Shown here: positions 1 through 12,152 of the stretch, piece after piece | Layout of the letters: each line of letters opens with the position of its first letter | Numbering within the stretch: position 1 is the stretch's first letter | NCBI GenBank assembly: GCA_030704615.1 | Contig: CM060734.1 | Location: 44,764,001-44,828,000 of the forward strand | DNA: 64,000 nt | Reading direction: 5' to 3' | From: Takakia lepidozioides | Lineage: Eukaryota > Plantae > Bryophyta | Position numbers and translations under genes: made by a program | The notes under the pieces: generated by a model | Seen by the model: only the letters and a program-made list of their open reading frames with translations | Told to the model about the DNA's origin: nothing | The model's database searches: none

Positions 1-858
1 TTTGATTATATCTCTCATGTAAAATTGCTAATGAATCAATATTGTGCACACACAACTTTGAGACTTCTACTTGACATTAATACAAAACAAACTCTATGTG
101 CAAAACCGTTGAAATTATTGGAGGAATCCAAATTGAAAGATTTCAAGTCTCCAAGATGGAGAGCCGAACTTAAACTTGTGGCCGCACCACCTTACATAAG
201 AGTTTGGTTACCAATATTGCCAGAGAGAATTATGAGAGAATACAATGAGATATTTCATCATAGACCAAATTTGATTAGACCATGGGCATCAATTTTGGAG
301 TCTATCTATGGAGCCATCACTCATCAATTTGATAGCATATTTTCAGTAGAAGGAAGAAATGGAGCTAAACTGATTGTATACCAAAACCGTGATGTTAGAG
401 AGTTGAATGTGTTTTGGCCATTATTTTACTTTGGTCAAGGTGAGAAACAACACATATTATACATGTTGAAGTTGGACTACTTGGAAACAAGGTGGGCAAC
501 GGTGAACCCAACTTATGCAACATCGTCATGTTCATTGAAGGACCACAAATGTACTTATTTTTTGGAAAATTGTGATTATGAATATCACCGAAGAAAACGA
601 TGGGATTGTCGGTGTTATAGAATTAAATCATGTGGGTGTCACTGCCATAACCGACAACCATGCAATTGTCATTGTCACAATATACAAGTATGTGAATGTC
701 ATTGTCACAAGGTTCAATGTTGTACTTGTCATAATTTAGAAGGCAATGGGTCAAGTTGTCAAAGACGGGAATGTCATATTTGTCATAGCACACGAATTGT
801 AAAAAATTCTTTGTTCAAGGGAAATGGTATTTGTAATGTAAATAACGTAAATTTATAA
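1..858 (+). CDS. Orphan protein (5' incomplete, >=285 aa) with C-terminal Cys/His-rich CxCHCH repeats
   Basis: Frame is open from base 1 (TTT GAT TAT...) to TAA at 856-858, with no intron in view and AT-rich codons. The C-terminus reads DCRCYRIKSCGCHCHNRQPCNCHCHNIQVCECHCHKVQCCTCH. No family recognised. Confidence 0.6.
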   Translation, partial: FDYISHVKLLMNQYCAHTTLRLLLDINTKQTLCAKPLKLLEESKLKDFKSPRWRAELKLVAAPPYIRVWLPILPERIMREYNEIFHHRPNLIRPWASILESIYGAITHQFDSIFSVEGRNGAKLIVYQNRDVRELNVFWPLFYFGQGEKQHILYMLKLDYLETRWATVNPTYATSSCSLKDHKCTYFLENCDYEYHRRKRWDCRCYRIKSCGCHCHNRQPCNCHCHNIQVCECHCHKVQCCTCHNLEGNGSSCQRRECHICHSTRIVKNSLFKGNGICNVNNVNL

Positions 859-2324
859 AGTGATTTTTTATGTCAATATGTACTAGTATGTTTTGAATGA
901 TAATATTGCATGCATCCGTATTTATATCAACGTATGATTGATATAAATACTTAGATTTTACATAAAATAATAATTATAGCAACCACCAAGTTTAAGATTT
1001 AAGCATTTGAATATGTGTACCTATATTGTTTTCAAGTTGTGAAATGAAAATTTGAAATAAAAATACGAAATAATATAAAAAATCAAAGCTTTTCCAAAAT
1101 CCACAAAACATTATAAAATTACATCCACGGTGACCTTGTGCTTAGTGACGTTCTAAATGTAAATACAATATGAATACGATTGCGTTCTTGTCTTGGGCCC
1201 GATTAGTCTTATAGCTAATAATTTTCTCTATTAGTGCAACATACCCAACAATTTGGGTAATTATGAGAACATTATAGTTCTAAAAAGATTGAGTGATGTT
1301 TGGGTCTCTTTAGATGAACAAAGTAAGTAGGTAATGGGGCACTTGCAATTAGGCACACATTAGTTAGTGATCAATTTACTAACTATGGGGGAATAAAGGC
1401 CCCACCTATAGTTAACTTATAATTAGCAGTCGTTAAAATTATGGTGTCACTAAGCTGGCCCTGCTGCATATTGGTTGTTAGTTAGCAGGTCATAACCAGC
1501 TGTTATAGCACCTGTTAGCTAACAAGGCTGCGAAGCAAAGGTCACGTATTTAAATGGTAACAAATTGTTGCATAAAAAAATTTGTTGCATCTACCCAAAA
1601 TGTTTGTCAGTCTCCCCTCTTTTCTCTCCCAATGCGGATTTGGTAGATTGACGACTCTTGAACTCATCATCGGTTCATGTTAGAACGGGATGATAGTCCA
1701 TTGTGAATTATGTATTATTTCCTTCTGGCAGTATGTCTATCTATATTCTCTTGTTCTTGCCCTGGGTTAATTCATTATAGTGCATTGATCACAAAAGAAA
1801 TTGCCAAAGCAAGCGAACTTATAGCCGTCTGAAGGGACTACTGCCTTCCAATGGAAAGATGGACACCTTTATGACATCCAACAAATATATGTGCTTTTGA
1901 ACACACAACCACTAATGAAATGGTATTTTTTTCTTAAAAAAATGGTATCATGCCCTAACCATATATGGTCACATGTGTATTAAGAAGGAGGGTACATAAG
2001 TTCAGCTGCAGTCAATTGTATTCTATAGGAGTACATTGTCATTTGATTTGTTAAACTTGTAATTGGGTTGTCAACAACTATCTATAAACCCATGGCAATT
2101 TTGTATCCCTACAAAAACCATTTTGTGATGTTACAAGATAGTAAGATGGACTTGAGCAATAAAATATGGACAAAACTCCACATAAATAGTTTGGCATATT
2201 ACGATATAATGTTGTTTTTAGGACTAGTTCATATGATTACACAGATAGAAAAGCCGAGTCAAATTAAGAAACTCATGTAATTTTCAAAGAACTGTTTTAG
2301 AATGATGTAGAGAGTGGGGCCTCT

Positions 2325-2985
2325 GGATACATAGGGGATTGCACTTGGAGATAGATGACACTGGACACTTGGGCCAACGGCACCGGCTACACTAGAGGTC
2401 GCACTTGGGCCTCGACATAGGAGACGCACTGGGATACATAGGGGATTGCACTTGGGCTTAGATGACACTGGACACTTGGGCCAACGGCACAGGCTACCCT
2501 AGTTGAACCTATGAAGGAAGCCAATTTGTTTGTTTTGTTTATTTTGTCACGTTGAGATGTCCTGAACCAGTGCTAGTGCTTGGTACCGTTGGAAAGCCCT
2601 CGATGAGGAGGGGTGCAATGACCTGGTCTCATGATTTTTGGACGTGCGGTGTGGGAGATACGGAATTTCAAGTACTTTTGGTTGCTGGAAATTCACGAAA
2701 AATAGCGAAAATGACAAAGTGGGCATTCCTGGGACAATGGTTGGAGCCTCGACGGGAGAGATATCAAGGGAAACGTCTCCGGTTCGAATCTGGTCGTAGG
2801 CTCTGTGGAAAAAAACTGTCTTAGATGACATTGGACACTTGGGCCAACGACAAATGCTACCCTAGAGGTTGCATTTGGGCCTTGACATAGGAGACGCACT
2901 TTGATACATAGGGGATTGCACTTGGACTTAGATGACACTAGACACTTGGGCCAACGGCACATGCTACCCTAGTTGAACTATAAGA
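2325..2985. repeat. Degenerate ~105-bp direct repeat (about 3.5 copies, interrupted)
   Basis: The unit GATACATAGGGGATTGCACTTGG..TAGATGACACTGGACACTTGGGCCAACGGCAC recurs near 2325, 2433 and 2903, with a partial copy at 2821. An unrelated ~300 bp lies at about 2520-2820. Confidence 0.8.
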
Positions 2986-4327
2986 AGGAACGAAGGAAAA
3001 AAGACTCTTGCCGAAACACAGGTAACTTATGGTGTCCTTAACCCTTAAACGACTAGCACTATTTTGGTGGTCCCACTAAAAATAGTGCATGCCCTCATGG
3101 ATAAGAGTGTAACTTTTTACCCCCAATCATCCATGGGGATGAACCTTTTTAATTTTTTTCCCTTCAATAATTCGAATAAAGTCTTAACCGGCTTCCTCCC
3201 CATTCTTAAAAAAAAAGAAAAACACCCAAAAATATTATTAGTGCCAAAAGGCAAAACAACGCATAAAATGGAGAACACTAGGAATAATGTATGAGCAGAC
3301 GTGTGATTTCTATGATCTCTAACAGGACGAACGGTAGGCTAGTTTCCGGCTTGTCATATCTTTCCCAGCCCCAATCGCAAATTGGAACGTGGTTACACAC
3401 TAGTGATGGGGTGACATGGAAAGGGGTGTCACGCCACTTGGTGTAACTCCTACTTAGAGTCGTCTGGTTTGAAATTTGACTAAGTCCAAATTTGGCTAAA
3501 TATATAATTATTATGAGGAGTTATACAATGGAGTGACATGAATCATAGAAGCCACACTGGGGTAACACTACCACCCATCATAATCGAACCCTGCACCTCA
3601 TCGCCTCCATTACCATCACCTTACCAATAGGCTATTTATTACTCTGACAAATTCTTGCATTCTAAAGTATACTAGGGCTTCGAGTTGCTCCGCACTACTA
3701 GCGACGAATTCTGAGAACTCCGTTCAATTTTTCACAAAAAAGGGGTGGGTCATCCCCACTGTGTTACATGCAGAGATCCCGTGTTTTGTTTTTTTCTGGA
3801 AGAAAAATGGTGGATCTGCATTTCAATGTTCAATTTTCACAAGCCGCATCAATCAATATCAACATACCCAAATACCCTTCCATTCACTATATGAACTTTC
3901 AAGCATCCACTGTGGGATTGGATTTTGGTGGGTTAACGCTAGCTTTTGACAATATTCATGTAAGTTCATCAAGGGCTCCATCCAAAGCCACACCACGAGA
4001 AACAACAAACATGTCCAAATTCAAGATGCTGAAATTTTGTGCACAGGGCTGCCCCTCTCATCAAGCTCATTAAAATTCGTATTCACTTCCATTTTCAAGC
4101 TTTGGAGAAGCTCTACCACCCAAACCCAGAATTAGGACAACACTCTGATTTCCATCCACTGTCACCAGAATTAGTAAAAAATCACCCTTTCAGTCAAGTG
4201 CAATTGTGGGCTGACTTCCTACCTATGCCGGGTAGACCCCACTATCAGGAAATGGTGGATGGTATGAGTAGATACACAGATCAATGAATGAAGCAAGACA
4301 CTAGCATCTTTCCAAGAAAACATCCTT

Positions 4328-6515
4328 TCACAAGTAATCACCACAAGAACAAATCTCATCTTCAAAGTGGTGGAAAGTAGTTAGCGTCCCATACAACAAT
4401 TGCTCGGCCAACAATCTTTGAGATGAATTTGGTGGAGGTGTGGCAGTCTCCACACACTCGAAGATTCTTGATGAGTCGTGCTGAGCAGCCCAAAACCAAT
4501 GGCCAGCTTCTTACTGTGGTGGCTAAGAGAAAATTCCTTTCCTCCACATCATGCAATAAAAAAAAGTCGTGGCATCCTGTTCATCCCACTTGAGGATAGA
4601 TGTTGCCACACATTCAGCCATCTCCACATTGCCATGGATTCTGCAGGCACCAAGCAAGGCCTTCCACACCACAACATCTGGATTGATTGGCATTTTATTA
4701 ATCAGGTCCACTGCCTCATCTAGTTGGCCCGCATGTCCAAGAAGGTCCACCATGCAGCCAAAGTGCTTTACTATCAGATTGATACCATGATCTTCACTCA
4801 GGGATCGAAGTAGCATCTTCCTTCATTCAGTAGGTCAGTGTGGCTGCACGCAGAGAGAGCAAAAGATGCGGAAGCATTCAACATAATGCCTCAACGATCT
4901 TGATCACGTGGAATATAATGTTGGCAGGATTTACCAAGCATGGGTGTGCAACCATGCACCTCTTTGCCCTTTTCCAGGGCTGCCAAGCTTGCACACGCAC
5001 TGCAAACGCACACAAACGTGATGTGGTCGCGGTTCACCCCTTCCCCCATCATTTGCTCATGAATAGGTCTCCAAGTCCTCCATCCCACGCCCTGTTGTGC
5101 ATATCCTGCAAGCATCACATTCCACGACAACAACGTTCAGCCATATTGTTGAACACTCCCTCTGCATCCTCAATGCTCCCACATTTGGCAGTGTTATGGG
5201 CTCACCACTCAACCTGTTCAAGGCAGTTTCTTCACCGCCACCAAAGCCAAACACAATAGGCTCATGTCTAGGGCAGTGTTCAGGATCACACCTGCAGTTC
5301 CAGCTTTGGCGATGCAACCATGCACCTCTTTGCCCTTTTCCAGGGCTGCCAGGCTTGCACACGCATTGCAAACGCACACAAATGTGATGTGGTCGGGCTT
5401 CACCCCTTCCCCCATCATTTGCTCATAGGTCTCCAAAGCCTCCATCCCACGCCCCTGCTGTGCATACCCTGCAAGCATCGCGTTCCACGACACCACATCT
5501 TGTTTAGCCATTTGAAAACTCCCTTCGCATCCTTCATGCACCCACATTTGGCATACATGTCCACCAAGGCAGTGTTCAGGATGACATCTGGTACAAATCC
5601 AGCTTTGACAATGTCACCATGGACCTCTTTCCCCTTTTCCAGAGCTCCTAGGCTTGCACACGCATTGCAAACACAAACAAATGTGTTGCGGTTGGGCTTC
5701 ACCCCTTCGCACATCAATTGCTCATAGGTCTCCAAAGCCTCCATCCCGCATCCTTGCTGTGCGTATCCTGCAATCATCGCACTCCACGACACCACATCTC
5801 ATTCAACCATACTGTCGAACACTCGATGCACTCACATTTGACATACATGTCCAGCAGGGCAGTGTTCAGAATGACATCGGGTACAATTCCAGATTTGACG
5901 ATGTCACCATGAACCTCTTTGCACCTTTCTAAGGCTGCCGGGCTTGCACATGCATTGCCAATGCAAACAAACGTTATGCGGTTGGGCTTCACCCCTTCGC
6001 ACATCATTTGCTCAGAGGTCTCCAAAGCCTCCATCCCGCGCCCTTGCTGTGCATATCCTGCAATCATCGCACTCCACGACACCACATCTCATTCAGCCAT
6101 ACTGTCAAACACTCCCTTCATACATGTCCATGAGGGTATTGTTCAGAAGGACACTTGGTACACTTGCAGCTCTGACAATGTCGCCATGGACCTCTTTCGC
6201 CCTTTTCCAAAGCTGCTAGGCTTGCACACGCATCGCAAATGCACACAAATGTGATGTGGTCGGGCTTCACCCCTTCCCCCATCATTTGATCATACATCTC
6301 CAAAGCCTTCATACCACGTTCTTGCTGTGCATACCCTGCAAGCATCGTCTTCCATGACACCACATCTCGTTCAGTCATAGTGTTGAAAACTCCCTTCGCG
6401 TCCTTAATGCACCCACATTTGGCATACATGTCCACCAGGGCAATGTTCAAAATGACATCTGGTACAATTCCAGCTTTGACGACGTCACCATGGACGTCTT
6501 ACCCCTTTTCAAGAG
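4328..6515 (-). pseudogene. PLS-class PPR protein with E/DYW domains (C-to-U RNA-editing factor type), 5'-truncated pseudogene
   Basis: Repeated P-L-S motifs of ~303 nt (VVSWSAMIAGYAQQG, PNRITFVCVCNACASLAALEKGKEVH, NTALVDMYAKCG); E region HFGCMVDLLGHAG..VWKALLGACRIHG; DYW remnants HSKKLAIGFGL, KNLRVCGDCHTSTKFISKI, HHFEDEICSCGDYL*. Many frameshifts and deletions. Confidence 0.93.
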
Positions 6516-6623
6516 AATAGTCACACTACTGTGTGGGAATGGTGGCGAAGTTTTACGGGTTTCGGAAACGCCCAACCGAGTGAGAGGGCGAATAAACGTG
6601 CTGTCAGCAAAGGAATGGGCCGT
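6510..6623 (+). mobile_element. Ty3/gypsy chromovirus pol fragment A (protease-RT linker), left target of the nested insertion
   Basis: FKRIVTLLCGNGGEVLRVSETPNRVRGRINVLSAKEW joins in frame across the TSD to AVEKPHEPQFLLYVRQV at 19475. Confidence 0.75.
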
Positions 6624-7681
6624 TGTCGCGCGGCTTTTACTCACCCATCCCTTTGCTATCCGAGGCGGAAACTCCAAGATAGAAGAGTTGGAAATCTCTA
6701 AGTACTCAGCCCGCTCAGAACAATCAGTCATGACCTACAGCTAGTGTATCATGGGGGTGTTTCCTATTTGTTTTCCTTCCCGCATTCATGTTAGCTAGTT
6801 ACCTTACTGTTGGTAATTAAGTATCAGTTTGCTTCATCAATTTATCGGATTCCATCAACTCATCAATTCATTCCACAGCTTCACTCAGATCTCTCTACAC
6901 AGTGTGAGTATGAGGTGTGTATCAGATTAATATCTATCAAGTATCAGGCTGAAGCCATGGAGTCTCTAATCTGCTTTACATTACAATTCTACTGCCTGCA
7001 TTCATTAAGCATCAATAGATCCTCCTCCTACTCCGTGCTCTCCCTCTTTCTGCTAAGAGATACGCTCTCTCCTCCTTTCCCCCAGTGATATCCGAAGTCT
7101 TCCCCAAGAAGTGCTCCTCCCACTCCTTCCAGCAGTGATTCCCCCCCGAAGTGATCTAAGAAAATCCCCTTTTTCAGTCCTTGCTCCTAGCTTTATCTTC
7201 CTACCTGTTGTTCTAACCGTTTCCCTCACTAACCGTTGTCCGTGAACTAACATGTTCCATTCGCAGGTGTTGTTCCCCACAGTCGTTCCCTGTCTTGCTA
7301 TCCGTTCCCTATGGTCGTGACAGCTGTGTGAAGCTGTGACTGGCTGTGTGAAACTGTGACGGGCTGTGACCGGCTGTGTTGGGCTGTGACTGGCTGTGCG
7401 ACTGTGTTTGGCTGTGACTGGCTGTGTGGATGTGTCGGCTGTGACGGGCTGTGTTGGCTGTGATGGGCTGTGTCGGGCTGTGACGAGCTGTGTTGACTGT
7501 GTCTGGCTGTGTCGGCTGTGTTGGACTGTGACGAGCTGTGTTGGCTGTGACGGGCTGTGTAACCCTCCCTAAAGTGCGCTGCTGTCACCCCTAATGCTCC
7601 TGTTGGTCTCAGTCTGTGCAAAAATTAAGGGTACTCCACAGATTCCGTATAAGTGTCTAAGTCCCAGACAGTCCTCTAACA
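6624..7681 (-). repeat. 3' LTR (1,058 bp) containing a GCTGTG-based tandem array
   Basis: On the minus strand it starts TGTTAGAGGAC directly after the PPT and ends CGCGACA at the TSD. 7193-7681 aligns with 18990-19474. A ~10-bp GGCTGTG repeat array spans about 7320-7560. Confidence 0.88.
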
Positions 7682-7699
7682 TTACCCCTTCCCCTCTCA
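7682..7699 (-). promoter_or_regulatory. Polypurine tract
   Basis: Minus strand GAGAGGGGAAGGGGTAA lies immediately 5' of the 3' LTR. Confidence 0.88.
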
Positions 7700-7719
7700 A
7701 AAAGCCGTGTCCTCACGGT

Positions 7720-10700
7720 TTACTGATTGGGATTAGCAAACCTTTGTGATCGAGCACCTTTCTGACGTTGAGAGTTTCGTGGCGGATTGTGTGTACGAGC
7801 CCGAGGTCTGTCACTGGTTGACGGAGATGATTGAACACTACCTGGATATGTGAGGCCCTCTGGAGGCTGATATCGAGGTAACCTTTCAGGCATAGAAGAC
7901 CCCCATCGCTTCTTTTCTGCCATCTGAACTGCATAGTCTTCTTCCATGTCAAAAGAGTCCGCTGAAGAAACGGTTGTATCAGAATCCTCATCGCCTCTCA
8001 GGTGTTTTAATTGTCGAACTTTTTGTGGAATCCTCTGAGGCATACAATGTTGTCCTACCATGTCTGGAAGTTTATATTTTAAAACTTGTTGTAAACGCTG
8101 AATGGCAAAATTGGTGAAGACCCTGAGCTCCTTCTCTGTCCAGGTGAGTGGGGTACCAATGACTTGTGAATTGTGTAAGTATTTCCATGCCACTTGTCCC
8201 TTATAGAAAATATCATCAATGCCAAATTTCTGTGTCGACAAATTGTTTCAGGCTGCATGAAACCATGAACAAATTTGAGAATCCTTTTGTATCATAACTT
8301 TTGCCTCATATAGGTACATATGAGGTGACACTGAAGGTAAGACCCAATGATCCCCACTGGAATAACTCAGAAAGCGCGATTGCATCTTGTGCTGCTCAAT
8401 GTGATAACGTACCAGAAAACAAGCAGCGTAGTATAACCCGCATCCCATGACAATACTTGCGACCTCCTTGGTCTTGGTATAAATGAATCCATGTACAACT
8501 TGGAAAGCAATTAATTCCTTCAACATGGTACCTGCCTCATGCCAGTACTGTGCAAAATGATGATCCTCAATTGGTCGATTGTTCGGAAGAACTTTAGTCC
8601 TAGTTGCCACTGGCAGCCATATGCGCATGATTTGATAGTAATGTGCCAATGACTGCGGAGGACTAAATTCTTTCCAAACCAAATCCAACACAATGGGAAT
8701 TTGGTTGAAGGGCATAATCATAGCCCTACTGTACTCCCTTGCAGCTGGAGTTTTAGGTGGGTTAAAAGCAGCATTGTCCCATACGTCAGGCTGTGGTGGC
8801 TGTGGTGTTGCTGTAGTAACAACAGGGTCAGCTACTGGCACAGTGACTTGTGCTGTTGGTGGCACTGGCTCTTGTATCATTGGCATCTCCTGCACCTGCT
8901 GTGAAGAAGATTGAAAAGCCAAAGTTCTGGCTTGTAAATAAGAAGCCATTAGCTGTTCCTCAGGTATATAGACTCTTTTGTCGATATCTGAAGTTAGGTC
9001 CTCCACTTGAGTCTGTAGTCCGTCTACATCCTCCTGTAACTCCGCTATCCTACTATAGACATTGTCTATAGTAATTGTGGCAATGTTCTGCACTTGCAGT
9101 CTGAGCTCATTCATCTCGTTTTGGGTGAGCTTTCGTGGTGCTTTGCCCTCCACTGGCCCTTGTGCTAACCAGACCTGCATAAGGTGGTTATCCACCAAGT
9201 TGCTTGTGGTTCCTCTGAGAGTGTGCTCCTCTCTGAGTTTGTACACATGTAACTGCTGTTGTAAAGCCTCCATGCGCTTCGCATGAGGTTCAACCAAATT
9301 CGCATAAGGAGCAAGCAGATTATTGGCTTCCTTCCAAGCTTTGTTAGTGACCGAGATTTCATTTCTATTGGCCATGACCGTTTGTTGCAACTCCAGGATG
9401 TGCCTCTCTTGGTCAGCTTCAACCTGCCTGTATTGCTTGAAAGTATCCTCATTGCGACAGATTGTATTCTTCATATCGACAATGAGTTTCATTTGCTCAA
9501 CATTCTCTTCCTCTGCCTTCGTACATTTTTCCGCTTGACTGTTTATTTCTTTTGTAGATTGGTCAAGCATAGTTGTGAGTGTAGCACATTGTATGGCCAT
9601 CCTGTCATGCACTGTCTGCAACTCCATATGTAGTGCATTTACTTCTTGCAACTTGCTTTTATGCTTCACCTGCATTTGGTATAACTGTTGCTTATGTGCT
9701 TCGTGCAAGTGGTCTTGTGCGAGGCCTGCTTCAATCAATTGTTCCTTGGCCAACTGTACTCTCCAAGTCTTGCTGCATTTTGAGAGTGACCTCTTCATCG
9801 ACCTTGTTTGCACACTCTGTGGCAAGTCGAGCCTCAAACTCTTTCCTGAGTTCCTCCCTCAAAGCTGCCAATTGAGTAGTGGGACCATGGGATTTGACAT
9901 AAGTACCCAACAAATTCAGTGTCCTGCTTATGGAACTCATAAGCATAGCCTGTTGAGGGTCATCATGGTGAGCTTGCTGCTGTTCTCCCTGATCCTCAAC
10001 AGTGTGATGCCTTACGAACCATTCAGGCCATTGGCCCACCAGATTTTCTTCCTGAACCACTTCATCCGTCACTGGTGCTGCAGTGTCTTGGCATTCTACC
10101 TGTGGTACCTCCGTCACAGGTGTGTGTATTATATGCGGCATAGGGTTTCCCTTGGACAACCGTTGCACCTCCGGAATCACTGTGTCCTTGACCATACCAG
10201 AATATTCATAGAGAAGGTCCCCCTTCTCTGTAGTGGGAATATCTAACCCTTCTTTTTCTAAATCAATTATTTCTGGTTGAACTGCATGGACAACTTGTGG
10301 TAACCTTGTGACAAGCCGATCCTCTGGCTGTGATGGCTGTGATACTGAAGTAACTTCCTCTTCCCTCTCTGAAGGTCCTGCTTCCAGTAATAGCAGTTCT
10401 CTGTGCTGCTGTGCCCCTTCCTGCACAAAAACTTGGGAAACATTATCATGCGGATTCCGTGAAGCCAGTGGATCCGCCACTACAGTCTTTCCCCGCCTCT
10501 GTCTCTTATTCTCGGGTTGCCTTGCCAGTCCACCCTCACTGTGTGAAGAGCCTTGCTCTTCCATTGCAGTGGTTTCTGGCTCAAACACTCCCATCTCCTT
10601 TCTTTCTCGCGCATCAAGTATGCCAGAATCAAGAATTATTTGAGCAATGATTGGGCCAGACACTATGATAGGAGACTTTGCGGCAGTACCCTGTAATCTT

Positions 10701-11237
10701 TTCATCTCCTCTACCAGTGCGTTGTACATTATGTCCGCCCATTCTACCTCTTCTCCTCTCAGGGCTTTGAGTATTTCCTCTGTGAAGGATCTGCTCAAAT
10801 ACTGTTGGTTCTGTTTCATGGCAAACAGAACGTTCAATACCTGGCCTACCTCCTTTAGCCCTGGGTACACGGCCTTGGTACAAGCATAACCTGAGTTTTA
10901 AAGAAACTCCCTTCTTGGAATAAGTCCCCTATTTGCAGTCTTGCCCTGTGCTCCTCCACATGCACCTGGCCTGCTGGCAATCGAAACAATTGCTGTAGGT
11001 ATAGGGGAGTAATTACTAATTCAACTCCCTTCACCGTTGTTGCTCATGTCCTTGGCTCAAAGTTCTGCAAGAATTGTAACATGTACTGTCTATGGTGCAA
11101 TGTCCAATCTTTGCTTTGCAATCCTTGCAATCTCAGCTCCTTCAGTATTGTATCGCCTGTGGGGTAGCAATCGTTTGTTTCTGCAGAATTGTGGTGCTCT
11201 TCACCCTGATTTCCTCCATTCCTCTCACTCTCTTCAT
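7720..11237 (-). pseudogene. Extra (env-position) ORF of the retrotransposon: plant-transposon-protein-like N-terminal domain, coiled coil and unknown C-terminal domain; about 5 lesions
   Basis: ORF pieces 11142-11915, an unlisted frame at about 10895-11145, 9731-10870, 8248-9837 and 7720-8241 join by single frameshifts or in-frame stops. Motifs LQFLQNF..TVKGVELVITPLYLQQLFRLP and ALRGEEVEWADIMYNAL. Confidence 0.72.
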
Positions 11238-11939
11238 TCTAGACCCACAGAAATGTTTTGGCTGTAACAATTGAAGAAATGCCTGTAGTGCACAAAGCAT
11301 AAACGTATGGTTGCCACAAAAAGCTATGGGTAATTTCTTGTGCGGGGCTTGCAAGCATCGCTCAAGAGAAAAGATCCGCTCTGTTGTTTCGTCCCTATGC
11401 CACTGCGTAAGTAATATTGCGAGCGTATAGTCTGTTAGTTCCTCCATAGCTTCAAAGCTATAGCATTGATGGTTTGTCCCGTCGAGACGCCCGTTACTCA
11501 GAACGACGCCGACTCTTGCGCTTAATTTCCCTCCAATTTCTTGATCCCTTCTCTGGCTTTCTATTGGCTGTAACCGCTGTGACTGGATTTTAGATTTAAT
11601 TTTCTTTAGTGGACTTTCCCTGCTGGACTGTCCACTAGGATAACACATGTGACAAGAATTTCGCTTTTCTGTACTTGCCGTTTGTTCTGTTGCTCCTTTT
11701 CTGTATTCATTAATGGGCCCGCCATTCATCCAATTTGACGCACTGATTAGGTATTTTGACGGCCATTCTTGTCCCCTTTCTTGATGACATCCGTTCTTGC
11801 ACTTCCTTCTCAGCTGTGTGTTGCGCCTTGACTTCCACGTGTCCCTTTGTAAACTGGCTTCCGTCCTTTCTTCTGCCGGCCATTTTACTGAAGTTATCAT
11901 GCGTCCACCTGTCACTGATTCTATGGATTGTGTAACCCT

Positions 11940-12152
11940 AGTAGGCTGTGTTAAGCTGTGATAGGTTGTGTCATACTGTGGTATGTCGTGATAGGCTGTG
12001 ATACACTGTGGTAAGCTGTGATAGGCTGTGACACGCTGTGGTAGGTCGTGATAGGCTGTGTTGCGCCGTGCTGGGTGTGATATGCTGTGTTACGTCGTGA
12101 TGGGCTGTGATAGGCTGTGTCACGTCGTGATGGGCTGTGATAGGCTGTGTCG
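11940..12152. repeat. GATAGGCTGTG-type tandem array between pol and the extra ORF
   Basis: ~30-bp higher-order unit of GCTGTG motifs, with the same core and orientation as the LTR array. Confidence 0.85.

Noticed and set aside
2325-2985. Direct repeats resembling a CRISPR array
   Set aside because: The intervening sequences are themselves repeated, there are no unique spacers or cas genes, and the context is eukaryotic.
3405-3582. MITE-like fold-back
   Set aside because: The inverted arms are too degenerate and no TSD could be defined.
7298-7621. His/Ser/Gln-rich ORFs (also 19085-19414 and 11951-12223)
   Set aside because: They are translations of the GCTGTG tandem arrays.
6789-7681. Alternative LTR boundary at TGTTAG (perfect inverted match to CTAACA)
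   Set aside because: No TSD at this position; the 6624 boundary gives the GCCGT TSD and restores the target reading frame.
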